Part shown: piece by piece, positions 1-12,354 of the stretch | How positions within the stretch are numbered: position 1 is the stretch's first letter | How the letters are laid out: every line of letters begins with the position of its first letter | Assembly: GCA_004431415.1 (NCBI GenBank) | Contig: QPMI01000040.1 | Location: forward strand, 186,001-250,000 | Origin: Cyanophora paradoxa CCMP329 | Lineage: Eukaryota > Plantae > Glaucophyta | Direction: 5' to 3' | Length of the DNA stretch: 64,000 bases | Program-made: the position numbers and the translations under genes | The notes under the pieces: model-generated | Told to the model about the DNA's origin: nothing | Seen by the model: the letters and a program-made list of their open reading frames with translations, nothing else | Database searches by the model: none

Positions 1-231
1 TCCGGAGCTCAGAAATCAGAAGACGCGAAGATTTTTCGTAAAGGCTTTGGCCAGGGGGCCTCCGAAGGGGCTGGCCCAAGGCCAGTGGCCTTGGGGGTGA
101 GGTAGGGGTGAGGCGCCGATTGAGCTTGCCGGCGAACCCGGCCCGGGCCCGACCCGACCCGGGGCGCCGCAGTGCGGGTCCGGCGCCTCCGCCCCGCCCC
201 GCTCCGCGGGCGCGCTTGCTCTTGCTCGTGA

Positions 232-3200
232 TCACTCGCGTTTGAGCTTGCCCTTGGGCGGCCGCACGAACACGCTGCGAGCGCGGCCTCAGAAAGAGAG
301 TTCGAAAGAGATTAGATCTCAAACAATCCTCTTTTCAGAAAGTCCGGCCTCTAGACAGCCTCCCTGGGGTACATCTGGATGTAATCCATATAAAGGAGCG
401 GGATCTAGAGCGAAAGGCAAGGCGAGATCAAGGTCTAGATCAAGGGCGGGAGGCGAGGCACCGGAGGATGATGTAGGCCATGAGGCGGAAGCCGACGATG
501 AGGCAGAGGAGCCACACGAAGTAGAGCCCGACCGACACCTGCCGGGGGGGAAGAAGGGGGGGGGGGGGGGGGGGGGGGAAGGGGTCAGTCATGTGGGTCA
601 TGTGGCCATCTAGAAACGTAGCTCCTGATTCTAAACCTAGCTTCTAGCTGAACGCTTGGGCGCGCGCCCGAGCTGAACTTGGGCACGCGCCCGACAGTGG
701 AGCCGGCGACCGGCCGCGGGGAGGAGGGGCGGGGCGGGGCGCACGCCCTCGAGGCCGAGGCGGCGGAGGATGACGTCACCGTTCGGCGTCGGGCACTGGC
801 CCCTGCGCGCCCGCCCCAGCCCCGGTCAACGCGCGCGGCCGAAGGGGGCCAAAGGAGGCCGCGGGGGAGACGGCGGGCTGGATGGAAGCTCGGAAGGAAG
901 CTTTGAGGCACGGGGCGGGGCGGGGCGGGGATCATGGGCACCCGACGAGCTCCGAGGGCTCGTTCTAATTTCTAGAAGCCCAGCTTCTAGCTTCTAACTT
1001 CAGGCTAGGAAGAGGGCTGGTTAAATGGGAGCTATGGGAGCGCAATCTTGGAATCTTAATCTTGGATGGTGAGCGGGGCGGGGATCATGGGCACCCGACG
1101 AGCTCGGAGGGCTCGCAGGAGAACTGCACCCCGCTGAACCTGCGCCCGCGCCGTGAGGGACCCAGGACACCACAGCCGAGACCAAGCCCTTCCCCTAGGG
1201 CCTGGGCCCCGAGGGCGGACGCGGCCCCGCCGTGAGGGGCGCGAGGGGGCGCCCTAGGAGACCGCGGGGGGCTCGGCGCGGGGGGCCCGGGCCCACTCAC
1301 TCGTTAATGGCCACGATCGCGAAGCCGTCTGCAGAGGGGGGGGGAAGAGAGAGGGGGTACAATGTTGGCTGGAGGCCCGGGGTCAGCCGCGGGCGGCGCG
1401 CGCACATTTGACGAAGGAGAGCCACTGCCGGGCGCGGGCGGTGAGCGGGGGGAATCGCGCGGGGCGGGGCCGGGGCCGGGGCGGGCGGGGCGGGGCCGGG
1501 TCCGAGGCAAGGGCGGGGCGGGCGGGGCGGGGCGGGGCCATGGGTACCTGAATCCAGCGGAGCCAGACGGGGATAGTGTCGTTGTTCGCTGTTGTTCCAA
1601 GGTCAGAGGTGGGTGCAACCGGCCGTTTCGAGCCGAGGCCCGCGCGGGAGTCCGCTCGGCCCGGCCAGGCCAGGCCCGGCCCGCGCCCCGCTATGTATCT
1701 AGGCCCCGGCGCCGGCGTCGCCGCCCCGGGCGGACCGTAGAAGCCGCCGAAGAGGAGGAGGATGATGGTCGTCGTCGACCCGATCGCCGTCGCCGCCTGC
1801 GCATGCCGCCCAAGGCGCGCTGGTCAGCCGGGCATGCGGGCGTCGGGAAGCCAGGGCGAAAGAAGGAGGCGGCACCTGGACGTTCGGGGAGGCGGCGCTC
1901 ACCGCCAGCCCCACGCTCTGCGGGCCCCAAGCGATCCGATCCGATCAGATCGGCCCGGGGCGGGGCGGGGCGGGGCGGGGCCCCCGCGCGCGGCTTCAGG
2001 CCGACGGGTCTGGGGCGGGGGTGGGGGTGGGTCTGGGGCGGGGTGGGGGGGGGGGGGGCGGCAGCTGTGGGCGTTGGCCCAGCTAGGCCTAGGGGCCGGC
2101 GGGGCGGGGCGGGGCGGGGGGCGGGCCTGGCCGGCGACGTAGAATTAGATCCCTCGCGGGTGTGGCGGAGGCGCTAGGCGTGCTTCCGTTCAAGAAGCGG
2201 ACGTGGCGGGGGCGGGGCGGGGGGCGGGCCTGGCCGGCGACGGCGGTGGTGATGACGGCGGCGAGGAAGAGGAGGAAGTAGTTGAAGCCCGCCCGCAGGC
2301 TGCCGAGCGGGCGCGGGGGGGCCAGTCAGTGAGGTCCATGGGCCCAGCGGCCGCAGTGGGGCGAGGCTAAGCTAAGGGGCGGGAGCGGGGGCGGGGGCGG
2401 GGCGGGGGCGGGGGCGGGGGGCGGACTTGACCATCCAGTAGGAGATGAAGCAGAAGAGGACGGGGAAGAAGACGATGAAGGGCAGGTCCACCTGCCGCGC
2501 GTCACAGAGACTCAGGCCAAAGCTAGCTAGCAACTTCCTTGTCCTGTGTTTCTAAGACTAAGGTCCACATGTACAAAGGCTAAGGACAAGGCTGCGACAA
2601 AGCTGCGCTTTGCGCGGGGCGGGGCGGGGGCGGGGTGTCTCGCACGGCGGACTTGGCGAGGAAGTAGGAGGAGACGCGGTACCACCCGCCCGTCCGCTCC
2701 CGCAGGAACACGCTCTGCGCCCTCGTCAGCGCCAGCAGCGCGAGGGCCGGCCTCGAGCGTGCGTGCGGGTCGCCGCTATCTATCTATCGCCGCCGCCAGA
2801 GCACGCGGGGAGGGGCCGCCGTCGGGTCGCCGCTATCTATCGCGCTCGCCAGAGGGTCGCCGCTATCTATCGCCGCCAGCGCCCTTGAGCACGCTATCTA
2901 TCTATCGGGGAGGGGCGGGGAGCTCAAGGGCGGGGTTCGCTCGCCTTCTCCTCGGGGAAGAGGGTCAGCGTGTTGAAGAGCGCCTGGAAGCACTGCGCGC
3001 CCGCGGCGTCAGGCGGGGGCGGAGCTTAGACTCGCGAAGCCTTATTGTGATCAGAGCAGAAGATTTAGAGTTCGAAGCCGGCTAAGCTAGCGCTGGTTGA
3101 GACATCGGGGGCGGAAGCGGGGGCAGAGCTTAGACGCCTAGGGCGAAGACACTCGTAAGCCAACGGAGGGCCTCGGGCGGCGCTTAGAGGGGCCGGAGGG

Positions 3201-6200
3201 ATGAGCGGCCGAAGGCCTAGCGAAAAATCGAAGCGAAGGGGGCGGGGCGGGCCCGCTTGATGACGATGAAGAAGAGGACGCCCCAAGGCCCCTCTATCCT
3301 GGCTGGGGGGCGGGGGGGGGGGGGGGGGGGAGGGGGGGGTAATCCTCTCTAAGGCCCTTAAGGCTGGCTGGGGGGGGCGGGGCGGGAGCTTAAGGGGGCG
3401 GCCTGGCTGATGACGACGACTAAGAGCCTCTATAGAGCTCTAAGATGGGCGGGGCCCGCTCTATCTATCACACCAACTTTCACCTGGTTGATGATGATGA
3501 AGAAGAGGACGCCCTGCCGGTTCTGGATCGCCCGCTGCGAGTAGTCTGCGGGGGAGGGGCGGGGCGTGTGGGTGGCGGCGCGGCGGGGGCGAGTAGTCTG
3601 CCGGCGGGGGCGGTGCGTGGGTGGCGGGGGCCGGGCGGGGGTGGGGTTGGGCGGGTGGGTGCGGGTGAGAGATAGCTTTGGGTGGCTTGGGTCTCTGGGC
3701 GTGCCTCGTCTTAAGGTGGCCTAAGGTCCCTCTGGCGCGGGGCGGGGCGGGGCGGGGGCGGACCGACGCGGAGGTAGATGAGGCCGATGAGCACCGCCAG
3801 CACGATCGTCTGGTGGGTAGAGGGGGTGGGGGGGGGGGGGGGGGGGGGGTTCAGCGTCGGCAAGGGCGGGGCGGGGCGGGGCAGGGCGGGGGAGCGGGGC
3901 GGGGGTACCTGGGCGAAGCGGGCGATGATGGCCGCGCGGTTGCGGATGGCGTCGCGCCACGCCCGCACCGCCAGCAGCCGCAGCTGCGTCCCGAACCCCG
4001 CCTGCAGGGAAGACCGCGGCCGAGAGCTCAGGAAGAGGCAGGGGGCCGCGCGAAGACCGGGCGGCTGTTAAAGCGGGTCTCTAGATCTAGATCTTTTAGC
4101 CTGTGGCCCGGATCCAGATAGGAGAGGGAAGAAGGATTCGAGCTCGAGCTCGCCTCGGCGCGCCTCGTACTTGCGGCGGTGGAGCTCGACGGCCTAAGCC
4201 CTAAGCCAGCACTCGGCTAGCCTTCTGGCCTCCCTAAGCCCTAAGCCCTAAGCTTTGGAACGCGCCTCGTACTTGCGGCGGTGGAGCTCGACGGCCTCGG
4301 CGGGTACGTGGCACTCCACCCCGCGCTCCTCGGGCGACGACTCCGCGAAGGCCCCCTGCAGCTCCAGCAGCCTGCGGGGCGGGGAGGAGGGAGGGAGGGG
4401 GCGGTCAAGGCAGGGAGGGAGGGAGGGAGGGAGGGCGGCCAGGGCAGCAGGGCAGCAGGGGGATGGGGCGATCAAGCCAAGCGGGGAGGGATGGGGGGGA
4501 GGGTAGCGAGGCAGGCAGGCAGGCAGGCAGGCAGTACACAGGCTTCGTGATATCGATTCTAGTTCAATGAAGAAATGAAGAGGGGCAAAGAGGGGCAGTC
4601 TAGTTTGGGGGGAGGGAGGGAGAATGGGGCGGCGGTCATCAAGCGGGGGAGGGGGGAGGGAGGCCAAGGCAGGTAGGCAGGCAGTACTAAGCTTAGGGCT
4701 TCGTGATTCTAGTTTCAAGGTAAGAAGGGCAGGCAGCAAAGCAGATCCTAGTTTCTGAGGCTAGGCCCCGTGATTCTAGTCTAGTCTTGGGGCGGTTCGG
4801 CTTCGGAGGGGGGGGGGGGGGGGGGGGGGTACCGGGCGCGGGAGGACTTCTCCTTCTCCGGGGTCCGCCGGTCCACGTTGATAATGTCCTGCGCGCGCCC
4901 CGTGAGCTTAGCGGGAGATCTTAGAGGATTAGGGGAGGGAAGAAAGAGGGGGTGGGGCGGGGCGGGGCGGGGTACCAGGAAGTAGTCGGCCGGGTTGACG
5001 TACTGCGGGCACTTGTACCCCAGCCTGCCGCCGCGCCGCGCCGCGCCCCCGGGCGCTCAGCACATGCGTGCGGGGCTCTCGAAGCGGGCGGGGCGGAGCG
5101 GAAAGCCCAGCATCCGCTCTCTAACTAACTAACTTCGACGTTTCGCTCGCTCGAAAGATTCTAGCGTCTTAGACATCTATCTATCTCTAGCTCGGCGCTC
5201 CCTCCCTCCCTCCCTCTTAACTTCGCTCCCCCTCCAACCGCGTGCACCGGTCGAAGTATGGGACGGCGACGGATGCCTTCCCGAAGAAGATCTGGTGGCC
5301 CTGCGCACGACACGCGCGGGAGGTCGGGCCCGAGCAGCTGCAGGCAGACAGGAGCGGAGGGAAGCTTCTAAGGAAGCCGGTGCCGGCTTCGGGTTCGCTA
5401 GGGTGGCGACCCACCCCTTCCGGCCCTCTCCCTCGCGCCCCTAGATCCCCTCCCAGGGCGGGGCCCAGGGGGGTGGGTGGTGGGTGGTGGGGGGTGGGGG
5501 TGGGGGGGGGGGTGGGGGGAGGAGATCCTAGTGGGTAGATCCCCGCCCTTAGAGACGGGGGCGGGCCTCGGAGATGAGGAGCTAGTGCCTAGAGCCTAGA
5601 TGCCCTAGCTCCCTGGGGAGCGGCGGGGCGGGGGCGGCGGACCTCGGAGATGAGGAGGAGGTAGTCGAAGAGGTGGTACATCGACGACGACGGCTGGTGC
5701 AGCACCTGCACGAGGGGGGGGGGTGGGGGGGTGGGGGTAGAGGAGGTGGGGGGGGAGGAAAGGGGGCGGAGGCACCGTCATGACGGTGCGGCCGCTGGCG
5801 GGGGTCGCGCGCGCGCGCGGGCGGGCGGGTCAGAGAGCCGTTGAAAACAGGGCCGGGCTGCCCGTGGGCGCCTCGCGTCTAGGGCCATAGGGAGTGGCGC
5901 TAGGCGTGGCGCTTGTAGCTTGACGTTGCTCGGGATCGTGGCCGGGGGCCGCGGCCGGGAGGGCCTAGGGCTAGGGCCTAGGCCGGGGCGTGGCGCTAGT
6001 AGCTAGGCCCCTCCTGCTCCTCCTCCAAGCTTAACAGCGGGGGCGGGGGCGGGGGCGCGGGGGCGCGGGGGCGCGAGGGCGCGGGGGCGGGCGGGGGCAC
6101 CGGCGGGCGAGCTCGTCGAGGGTCTCGATGAGGGAGAGCGCCGAGAAGGAGTCCAGCCCCGACGTCGGCTGCGAACGAAGTTAAGGGGGTGGGGGGGGTG

Positions 6201-6799
6201 GGCTCTGGTGGCAGCTGAAGCGCCCGCTTAGAACTAAGAACCAAGCACTAACTGCCAGGAGGATCCTATTTGATCGCAGCTAAACGGCAGCTAAATTGAA
6301 CCGCAGCCCATCTAAACCGACGTCGGCTGCGGACGAAGTTTAGGGCTTAGAGGAGGGGGAGCGGGGGGGCGGAGGGAGGGGAGGGGGGGTCGACTCGTAC
6401 GAGCCGCTGTGTGTTATCACTTCACGAGCCCCGGCCCAGCCTACGAACTAAGAACCTAAGAACTGCCAAAACGGCAGCTAGACCGCTGTCGCTATCGGAC
6501 TAAGGGGCCGGTATCGCAGCTAAACGGCAGCATAGCGAGTATGTTCAACAGATACCGATAGCGAAGCTAAACGGTATTAGTAGATTAGTTGGATTAGTTA
6601 GATTAGATTAGATTAGATTAGATTAGATTAGATTAGACTAAACGGCAGCATCATCTACGCTAGACCGCTCGCTTTTCAACTAATCTAATCCCGCCCCAGC
6701 CCGCACCTCGTCGAGGAAGAGGACGGAGGGGTCGGTGACGAGCTCCACCCCGATCGCCGTCCGCTTCCGCTCCCCGCCCGACACCCCCTGCAAGGAAGG

Positions 6800-6845
<46 letters not shown>

Positions 6846-8898
6846 TGTGTGGGAGGAGGGGTGGCGGGGGTAGCTCTGGCTCTGGCTCTAGGCCGCCCAA
6901 CACGCTCCTACCCCCCGCGGGGGGGAGAGGCCGGGGGGGGGAAGGCGAGGGGGGGGTAGCGCACGCGGACGCCGTGGCCCCCGATGATCGTGTTCTGCGC
7001 CGGCGTGCACGTGAGCTCTTAGAGGGCTCCTGAAACTCCTAAAAAGCTCTTAAAGCTCTTAAAGAGCTCCCAAAGCTTTCAAAAAGGTTTTAAAGAGCTC
7101 TCAGAGAGCTCTTACAGCTCTTGGAACCTCGTTGGCTCTAGCTTGGGCCCGCGGGAGCTCGAGCTCAAGCACGAGAGCCAAGCGGCTTCATTCAGGCTTC
7201 GAAGGCTCGAGGTTGGAGAACTGGAGAAGCCTAGGGAAGAGCTCCCGTCCCCGAGCTCACCGCGACGTGCCGGATGCCGAGCCTGCCGCCGGCGGAAGAC
7301 GTCAGAAGAAGAAGAGAGGTGCGGAGCCCGAGCGCCAGGGACGGGCCGCGGGAGGGGGGAGGGAGGGGGGTACGCTGCTCACTCGTCCATGACGGCGTCG
7401 ACGTGGCGCTTCTTCTCCGCGTGGTCCATCGTCCGCGAGAGGCGGAGCTGCGAACGAAGGAGGGGGGTACGGCGTGACGCGGAGCTCGAGGCTCGAGCGC
7501 GGCTCGGCGCCGCAGCGTGGCCGCGCCTGGGCGCTCAGCATAAGGGTCTCCCGGACGGTGAGGGTCTGTCCGGGGAAGTGAGGGGGGTACTGGGTTGAAT
7601 CACCGCGGGGGGTACGCGCCTTGAACATGAGGTCGTCCTGCATGACGTACCCGCAGAGGCGCCGGAAGTCCTTCGTCACAGGTCTGCAGGGGTACGGGTT
7701 CGAATTCAGGCCGGGCTCCCTGGACGGGTACGGGGTACGCACTTTCCGTTGACGAGGAGGGTACCGCGAATGACGCCGGACGCCACGCGGTCAGCAATGA
7801 CGTTCCTGGGGCGGGTCAGGGGGGGGAAAGGAGGGTCGGGACGCGTCGCGGCTCGCATGAGCGTTGTTTTGCCGCTGCGGAGTGACAGTGAGGCGGGCCG
7901 GGCAGGCGGAGCTGGGCCGGAATCATGTACCCGCCGGAAGGCCCTGCGGGTTGGGGGCGGAGCAGGCGGGCGCAAGCGCTGAGAGAAGGAAATGCGCGGC
8001 GGGTGCACAGCGGGGATGGCACCCTGCGCGGGATCGCGCGGCCGGAGCGTCGGTCGGATCAAATTCAAAAGCGCGGCACGTGCACGCGCACGCACCAGGA
8101 TTGCGACGATGTCCCCTGGCTTCGCGCAGCCCTGAAATCGAATCGAAATGAGGCGTGGGCCGGTTCAAGGATAGCCGCCAGAAAGGGCGGGAAGTTCGAA
8201 CCTTGACCCCTTTCAGAATCTCCTTCTGCTCGGCCTTGCGGCCGCGCCCAACCGTGATCGTGTACCGCAGATCCTTCCATTGAATCGTTATCGGCGCGCG
8301 CGTGGTCGTCATGTCGAGGAAGCGGCCGTGGTCAGCGCTTCTGCGCCCTCCTGCACCGCCGTTTTCGGGCGGCGAGGACGGCGGGGAAGAAGGCGGGCCG
8401 CCGTTGCCGGCGACGCTCGAAGGCGGAGTTGGTTGGATCTTCTGGCCCCCGAGCGCTAACAGGGGCGTCCTGTGCGTGAGGGCGGGGCGCGGGGACGAGG
8501 CAGCAGAGTCGACGTCTGCGGAACAGAGATGCGCGCTTCGGAGGCGGCTCGACCAGGCGAACGCCGGCGAACGCACTCCAGATGATCGGATGCTGGCCCA
8601 CAGAGCCGACGTACGTGCGCGCGGGAGCGCGCGTGCCGGTGCCGTTGAGGCCCGCGGGAAGCGCGGGCTCGCCAGGCGCAGGCGCGGGATGCGGCGCGCT
8701 CCCGCCGCGTGCCATTCCTTCTCTCCGACCGGCGTTCTCCGCGGGTGAGACCCACGGCCCGAAGCTCGACGCGCGCTCGTAGGACGGGAGGTTTGTTGGG
8801 TCCTGCCCGCGCGCCGCCATCGGCGTGTACTCGACTGCGTGCGATGAAGCGGCATCGAAAGCAGGCGAAGCCGTCATTTCCGGGCGGCTGCGATACAT
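232..8898 (-). CDS. ABCG (White-family) ABC half-transporter, >20 exons
   Basis: Joined exons give [19 protein letters not shown], Walker A (SGKTTLM), [18 protein letters not shown], signature [27 protein letters not shown]|[12 protein letters not shown]-loop [22 protein letters not shown], then an ABC2 membrane domain ([64 protein letters not shown]|[18 protein letters not shown]). Stop TGA at 232-234; start at 8898 is the likely but unproven ATG. Confidence 0.95.
6582..6637. repeat. (GATTA)n microsatellite in an ABCG intron
   Basis: Perfect GATTA units at 6601-6635 with degenerate flanking units. Confidence 0.9.
6803..6845. repeat. Poly-G tract (~43 nt), poly-C on the ABCG sense strand near a 3' splice site
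   Basis: Directly visible. Similar runs occur at about 556, 3826, 4808, 35165, 37034 and 62052. Confidence 0.9.
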
Positions 8899-9087
8899 TG
8901 CCTGACAGGCGCGCGCGCCGGAGCTGATGCCGAGGAGGCGTTCAATCTCGAAGCGCGGGTGCTCTCGCGCGGTCGCACAGGGCTAACGCGCTCGAATTCA
9001 GCCGCTCGTGCTCGCCCTGCGTCGGTCACGCAACTCTGCCCGGGTACTGCACCTTTCGGAGCACGGCGAGCGGCGGCAGCAGGCACC
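8899..9087. promoter_or_regulatory. Putative bidirectional promoter (ABCG / cytochrome b5)
   Basis: Divergent start codons about 190 bp apart. Inferred from gene geometry only. Confidence 0.5.
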
Positions 9088-9966
9088 ATGGACCCGGCGG
9101 ATATCGACAAGCTGATGGATCACCCGCTGTTCGACGTGTTTCTGACGGTCCTCGCCGGCGCCGTGCTCATGTTCCTGTACACGAAGTTCTTCACGACCGG
9201 CAAGAAGGCCGACGAGCTCGGTGCGCCGCGCGCTTGCGGGCCGACAGCCGCTGCGGAGACGGCGGCGGCTATCCGTGCCTGCTGGCCGACGACGCCGCGA
9301 TAGCCGCTGACATCAACGGCCCCGCCCGTCCCGCGCCCGCGCAGCGGCGGAGACGGCGGCGAAGATCGAGAAGCAGCGGAAGGCACAGGTGCTAGACGCG
9401 TCGACGGCGGCGCGGCGCGCTGACGGCACATTTGATCCGTGACTCGGCCCCGCCAGAACAAGGGCGAGGCCAAGTCTTACACGCTGGAGGAGGTGGCGAA
9501 GCACAAGAACGAGGGCGACCTGTGGCTCATCATCAAGAACAAGGCCCGCGCCGGCGGCCGCCTCGGCCGCCTCCCGCCGCACTCTGTGCTCACGCGGCGC
9601 CGCGCCGGAGCGCAGGTCTATGACTTCAGCAAGTACGCCGACCAGCACCCGGGCGGCAGGGCTATCTTCAACCAGGCGAGCGGGCGATGTCCTCGACCCC
9701 GGCCCGGCCCCGGCCCCGGCCGCGGCCTCGCTGACGCGGGGCGCAGGCCGGCGAGGACGCGACGGAGGGATTCTCGGGCGACCAGCACCCGGAGCGCGTC
9801 TGGACCATGATCCCAGACGTGCGAACCCGTCCCCGTCCCCGTCCCCGCCCATGCCACCAGCGCTGCTCGCTCGCTCACTCGCCCGCTTCGTTCGCTTCGC
9901 CAGTACTACATCGGCGAGCTGACTCCCGAAGCAATCCAAGCGCTGAGCCAGCAGGGGAAGAAGTGA
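9088..9966 (+). CDS. Cytochrome b5-like protein with N-terminal membrane anchor (6 exons)
   Basis: Spliced product MDPADIDKLMDHPLFDVFLTVLAGAVLMFLYTKFF...YTLEEVAKHKNEGDLWLIIKNK|VYDFSKYADQHPGGRAIFNQ|AGEDATEGFSGDQHPERVWTMIPD|YYIGEL...GKK*. HPGG motif and the second heme-ligand His are present. Confidence 0.95.
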
Positions 9967-10656
9967 GCAGCAAGCACTATCACGGGCGCGACGGGCCGAG
10001 CCGGTACTCTCCCGGCTCGGGTCCGTCGACATTGGCGCAGATGGTAAAGCTCCAAAGCTTTCGTCAGGTAGGTAGCAAAGTATATGTTTAGATACAGTTG
10101 CAGAGACGATATTGATTAATCACGAATTCGAAGAGCGCGCTTCAGCTTATCGACAAGATATCATAGTATCCTTGCTCAAGACTGCTTGCGATCGACCCAT
10201 GTCTTGAGGGTCACTAGTACTGGCCATATGCATGGGCCAGCAGGAGCCTCCCCGGGCCCCACCGTACGCGTGCCACAGCCAACACTGCGCGCCCCACGGG
10301 GTTTCAACTTTTTTTTGAATAGGCCTAGGCCTACTAAGATAAGAAGAACGTCGTGGCAATGGATCCGGAGGCAAAATTGATGAGCCTACAAAGAACGCTG
10401 AGGACAAAATTGATCAACCTACGAAGATGAACGTACATGTATACTACTGGTACAAAGCCCGTAGAGCTTAAGCTGCATGCCTGCCTGCCTGTCTATCTGT
10501 CTGTCCCTCCGAAACGTAATCTGTGTACTGCCATTTACTGTTACGTGTATCTGTTCGATACGAAGGCGCTGCTGAACAATTCTGCAAATCGAGTGCGGGC
10601 GGACTGTCGCAAAAGGGTATCGAATAATGAATAGAGCGAGCCGTTCGGAGTTCGAG

Positions 10657-12354
10657 CTAGGATGGCTGGAGGTGGAGAATCCTGGCCGCAGCGCCCAGGA
10701 TGGCGGACGGGATAGCGGGCACGGAAAAGGCGGGTAGGGCCGGCAGGGCCGGAAGCGCCGGCAGGCCAGGGAGGGGTACGGATTCGGGGTGGGTGATCGC
10801 GGCGGCTGCGGCGGCGAGGGGTATGGCGGCCGCGGCGGCGAAGGCGGAGGCGCAGGAGCGAGGGGGGTACTGGCTGGCGGCGATCTGGATCCGCCGGTAG
10901 AGGTAGGAGCTGGACCCGAACTCGCGCAGGAGCTCGAGCGGGGATCGGTAGGCGAGCGGCGTGAAGCGGGCGCGGACGCGGCCGGCCAAGCCGTAGAAGC
11001 TGTGCGGCCGGATCCTGTGCCCATCCGACTCGCAGCCTGCAGCCGGGCGCGTCAGCTAGGCGGCAAGCGGCAAGCGGCAAGCGGCAAGCGGCGCAGGGCG
11101 CGTACTGTCGGTGGGAGGTGCGCTAGCAGGGGGCGACCCCGATGATGAGCCGCTCGACGAGCAAGGAATGTCCTGAAGCAATCCGCGCAGCCCACTCCGA
11201 GAGCGTTCCTGCGCGGCCGCGTCAGCATCGCGGGCCGCGAGCGGCGCGCGCGTCGCTTCGCACGCACGGCGGCCCGGGCGTTGAGGGCTGTCAGCGCCCG
11301 CGGCGAGCGAACGTCGTCGTCCGACGCCGAGGAGGAGCACGGCTGGCCGAGATCCTCGACGTGCACGCCGGGCGCGCGGGGCGGGTCCTTCAGGAGCCGC
11401 AGGCGCGCGGCCAACAGCCGCGCTGTCTCTCGGTCGTCCACCGCCTCGAAGCCCTCGTCCGCGTTGCGGCTCGCAACCTCTCGATCCCGCCTGTATTCAA
11501 CGATGCGCGTTCGGCGCGACCCGTTGCTCGCCACGATCGTCTCGCAGAACTCGCCTTCCCGGCGATTCCGCTTCCACTGGCCGCGGACGCGCAGGTTGCC
11601 GTCCCGCGAGACCAGAACGCCATCGCCGTGTCTTCTATCGTCCAGCCACTGCGCCGCAATCATCAGCAACGTGCGCGCGAATGAGACGTCCAGATCAAAT
11701 CGCACCCCGCCAACGTGAACGGAGCCGTCCGACCCCACGAAGATTCCTTCGCCACATCTGCAATCCTCTTCCCATGTGCCTTCGTGAATAGAGCCATCCC
11801 AGTAGCTCAGCTGCGCTCGATAAGTCACACAGACTGGTCGGAAGTAGTTCGGATAGGATGTACCTTGCCGTGCCCGTGCATGCGGCCACGCTTCCAAGAA
11901 CCGCTATATATCGACTGGTCGCCGTACTTCTGCGTCCCGATTCCGTGCTTGAGGCCTGCAGCGGACGATGCCGTTTCAAGCCTTGCTCAAGAGGCAGAGC
12001 GGTGCTCTCGCAGGGCGTCGCGAGCACCTCGCTTCCACTCTCCATCATACACGGAGCCCTCCGGCGTCGTCAGCACCCCCGAGCCCCATCGCCTGGTAAC
12101 GCTGTCAGCTGCGGGCACTCAAACGAACTCGTCGGGGCGCGCACAGATTGTGCTTTCTCTGACCCATGTAGCACCTCCCATCGTCGTAATGATCCGTCGA
12201 CAGGACGAAGTCGGCTCCCGACGCCGACTCCGCTTGCGCGGGAATGCCGACGCTGCAAAAGGGTCAGCGCCGCCCGGGAGGCCGGGGCGCGCGGGGCCAG
12301 CTATGAATCCAGCCTCGTGGAGGCCGAAACTTGCCTCGGCGAGCGTCTTTCCAT
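10657..12354 (-). CDS. MORN-repeat protein
   Basis: Repeated MORN units: YDDGRCYMGQ, GSGVLTTPEGSVYDGEWKRG|LKHGIGTQKYGDQSIYSGSWKRGRMHGHGK, YWDGSIHEGTWEEDCRCGEGIF, QWLDDRRHGDGVL. Start ATG 12354 requires a GC-AG first intron; C-terminal exons are less certain. Confidence 0.85.

Noticed and set aside
6582-6637. Interstitial telomeric repeat
   Set aside because: The unit is GATTA (TTAGA), not a recognised G-rich telomere unit; treated as a microsatellite.
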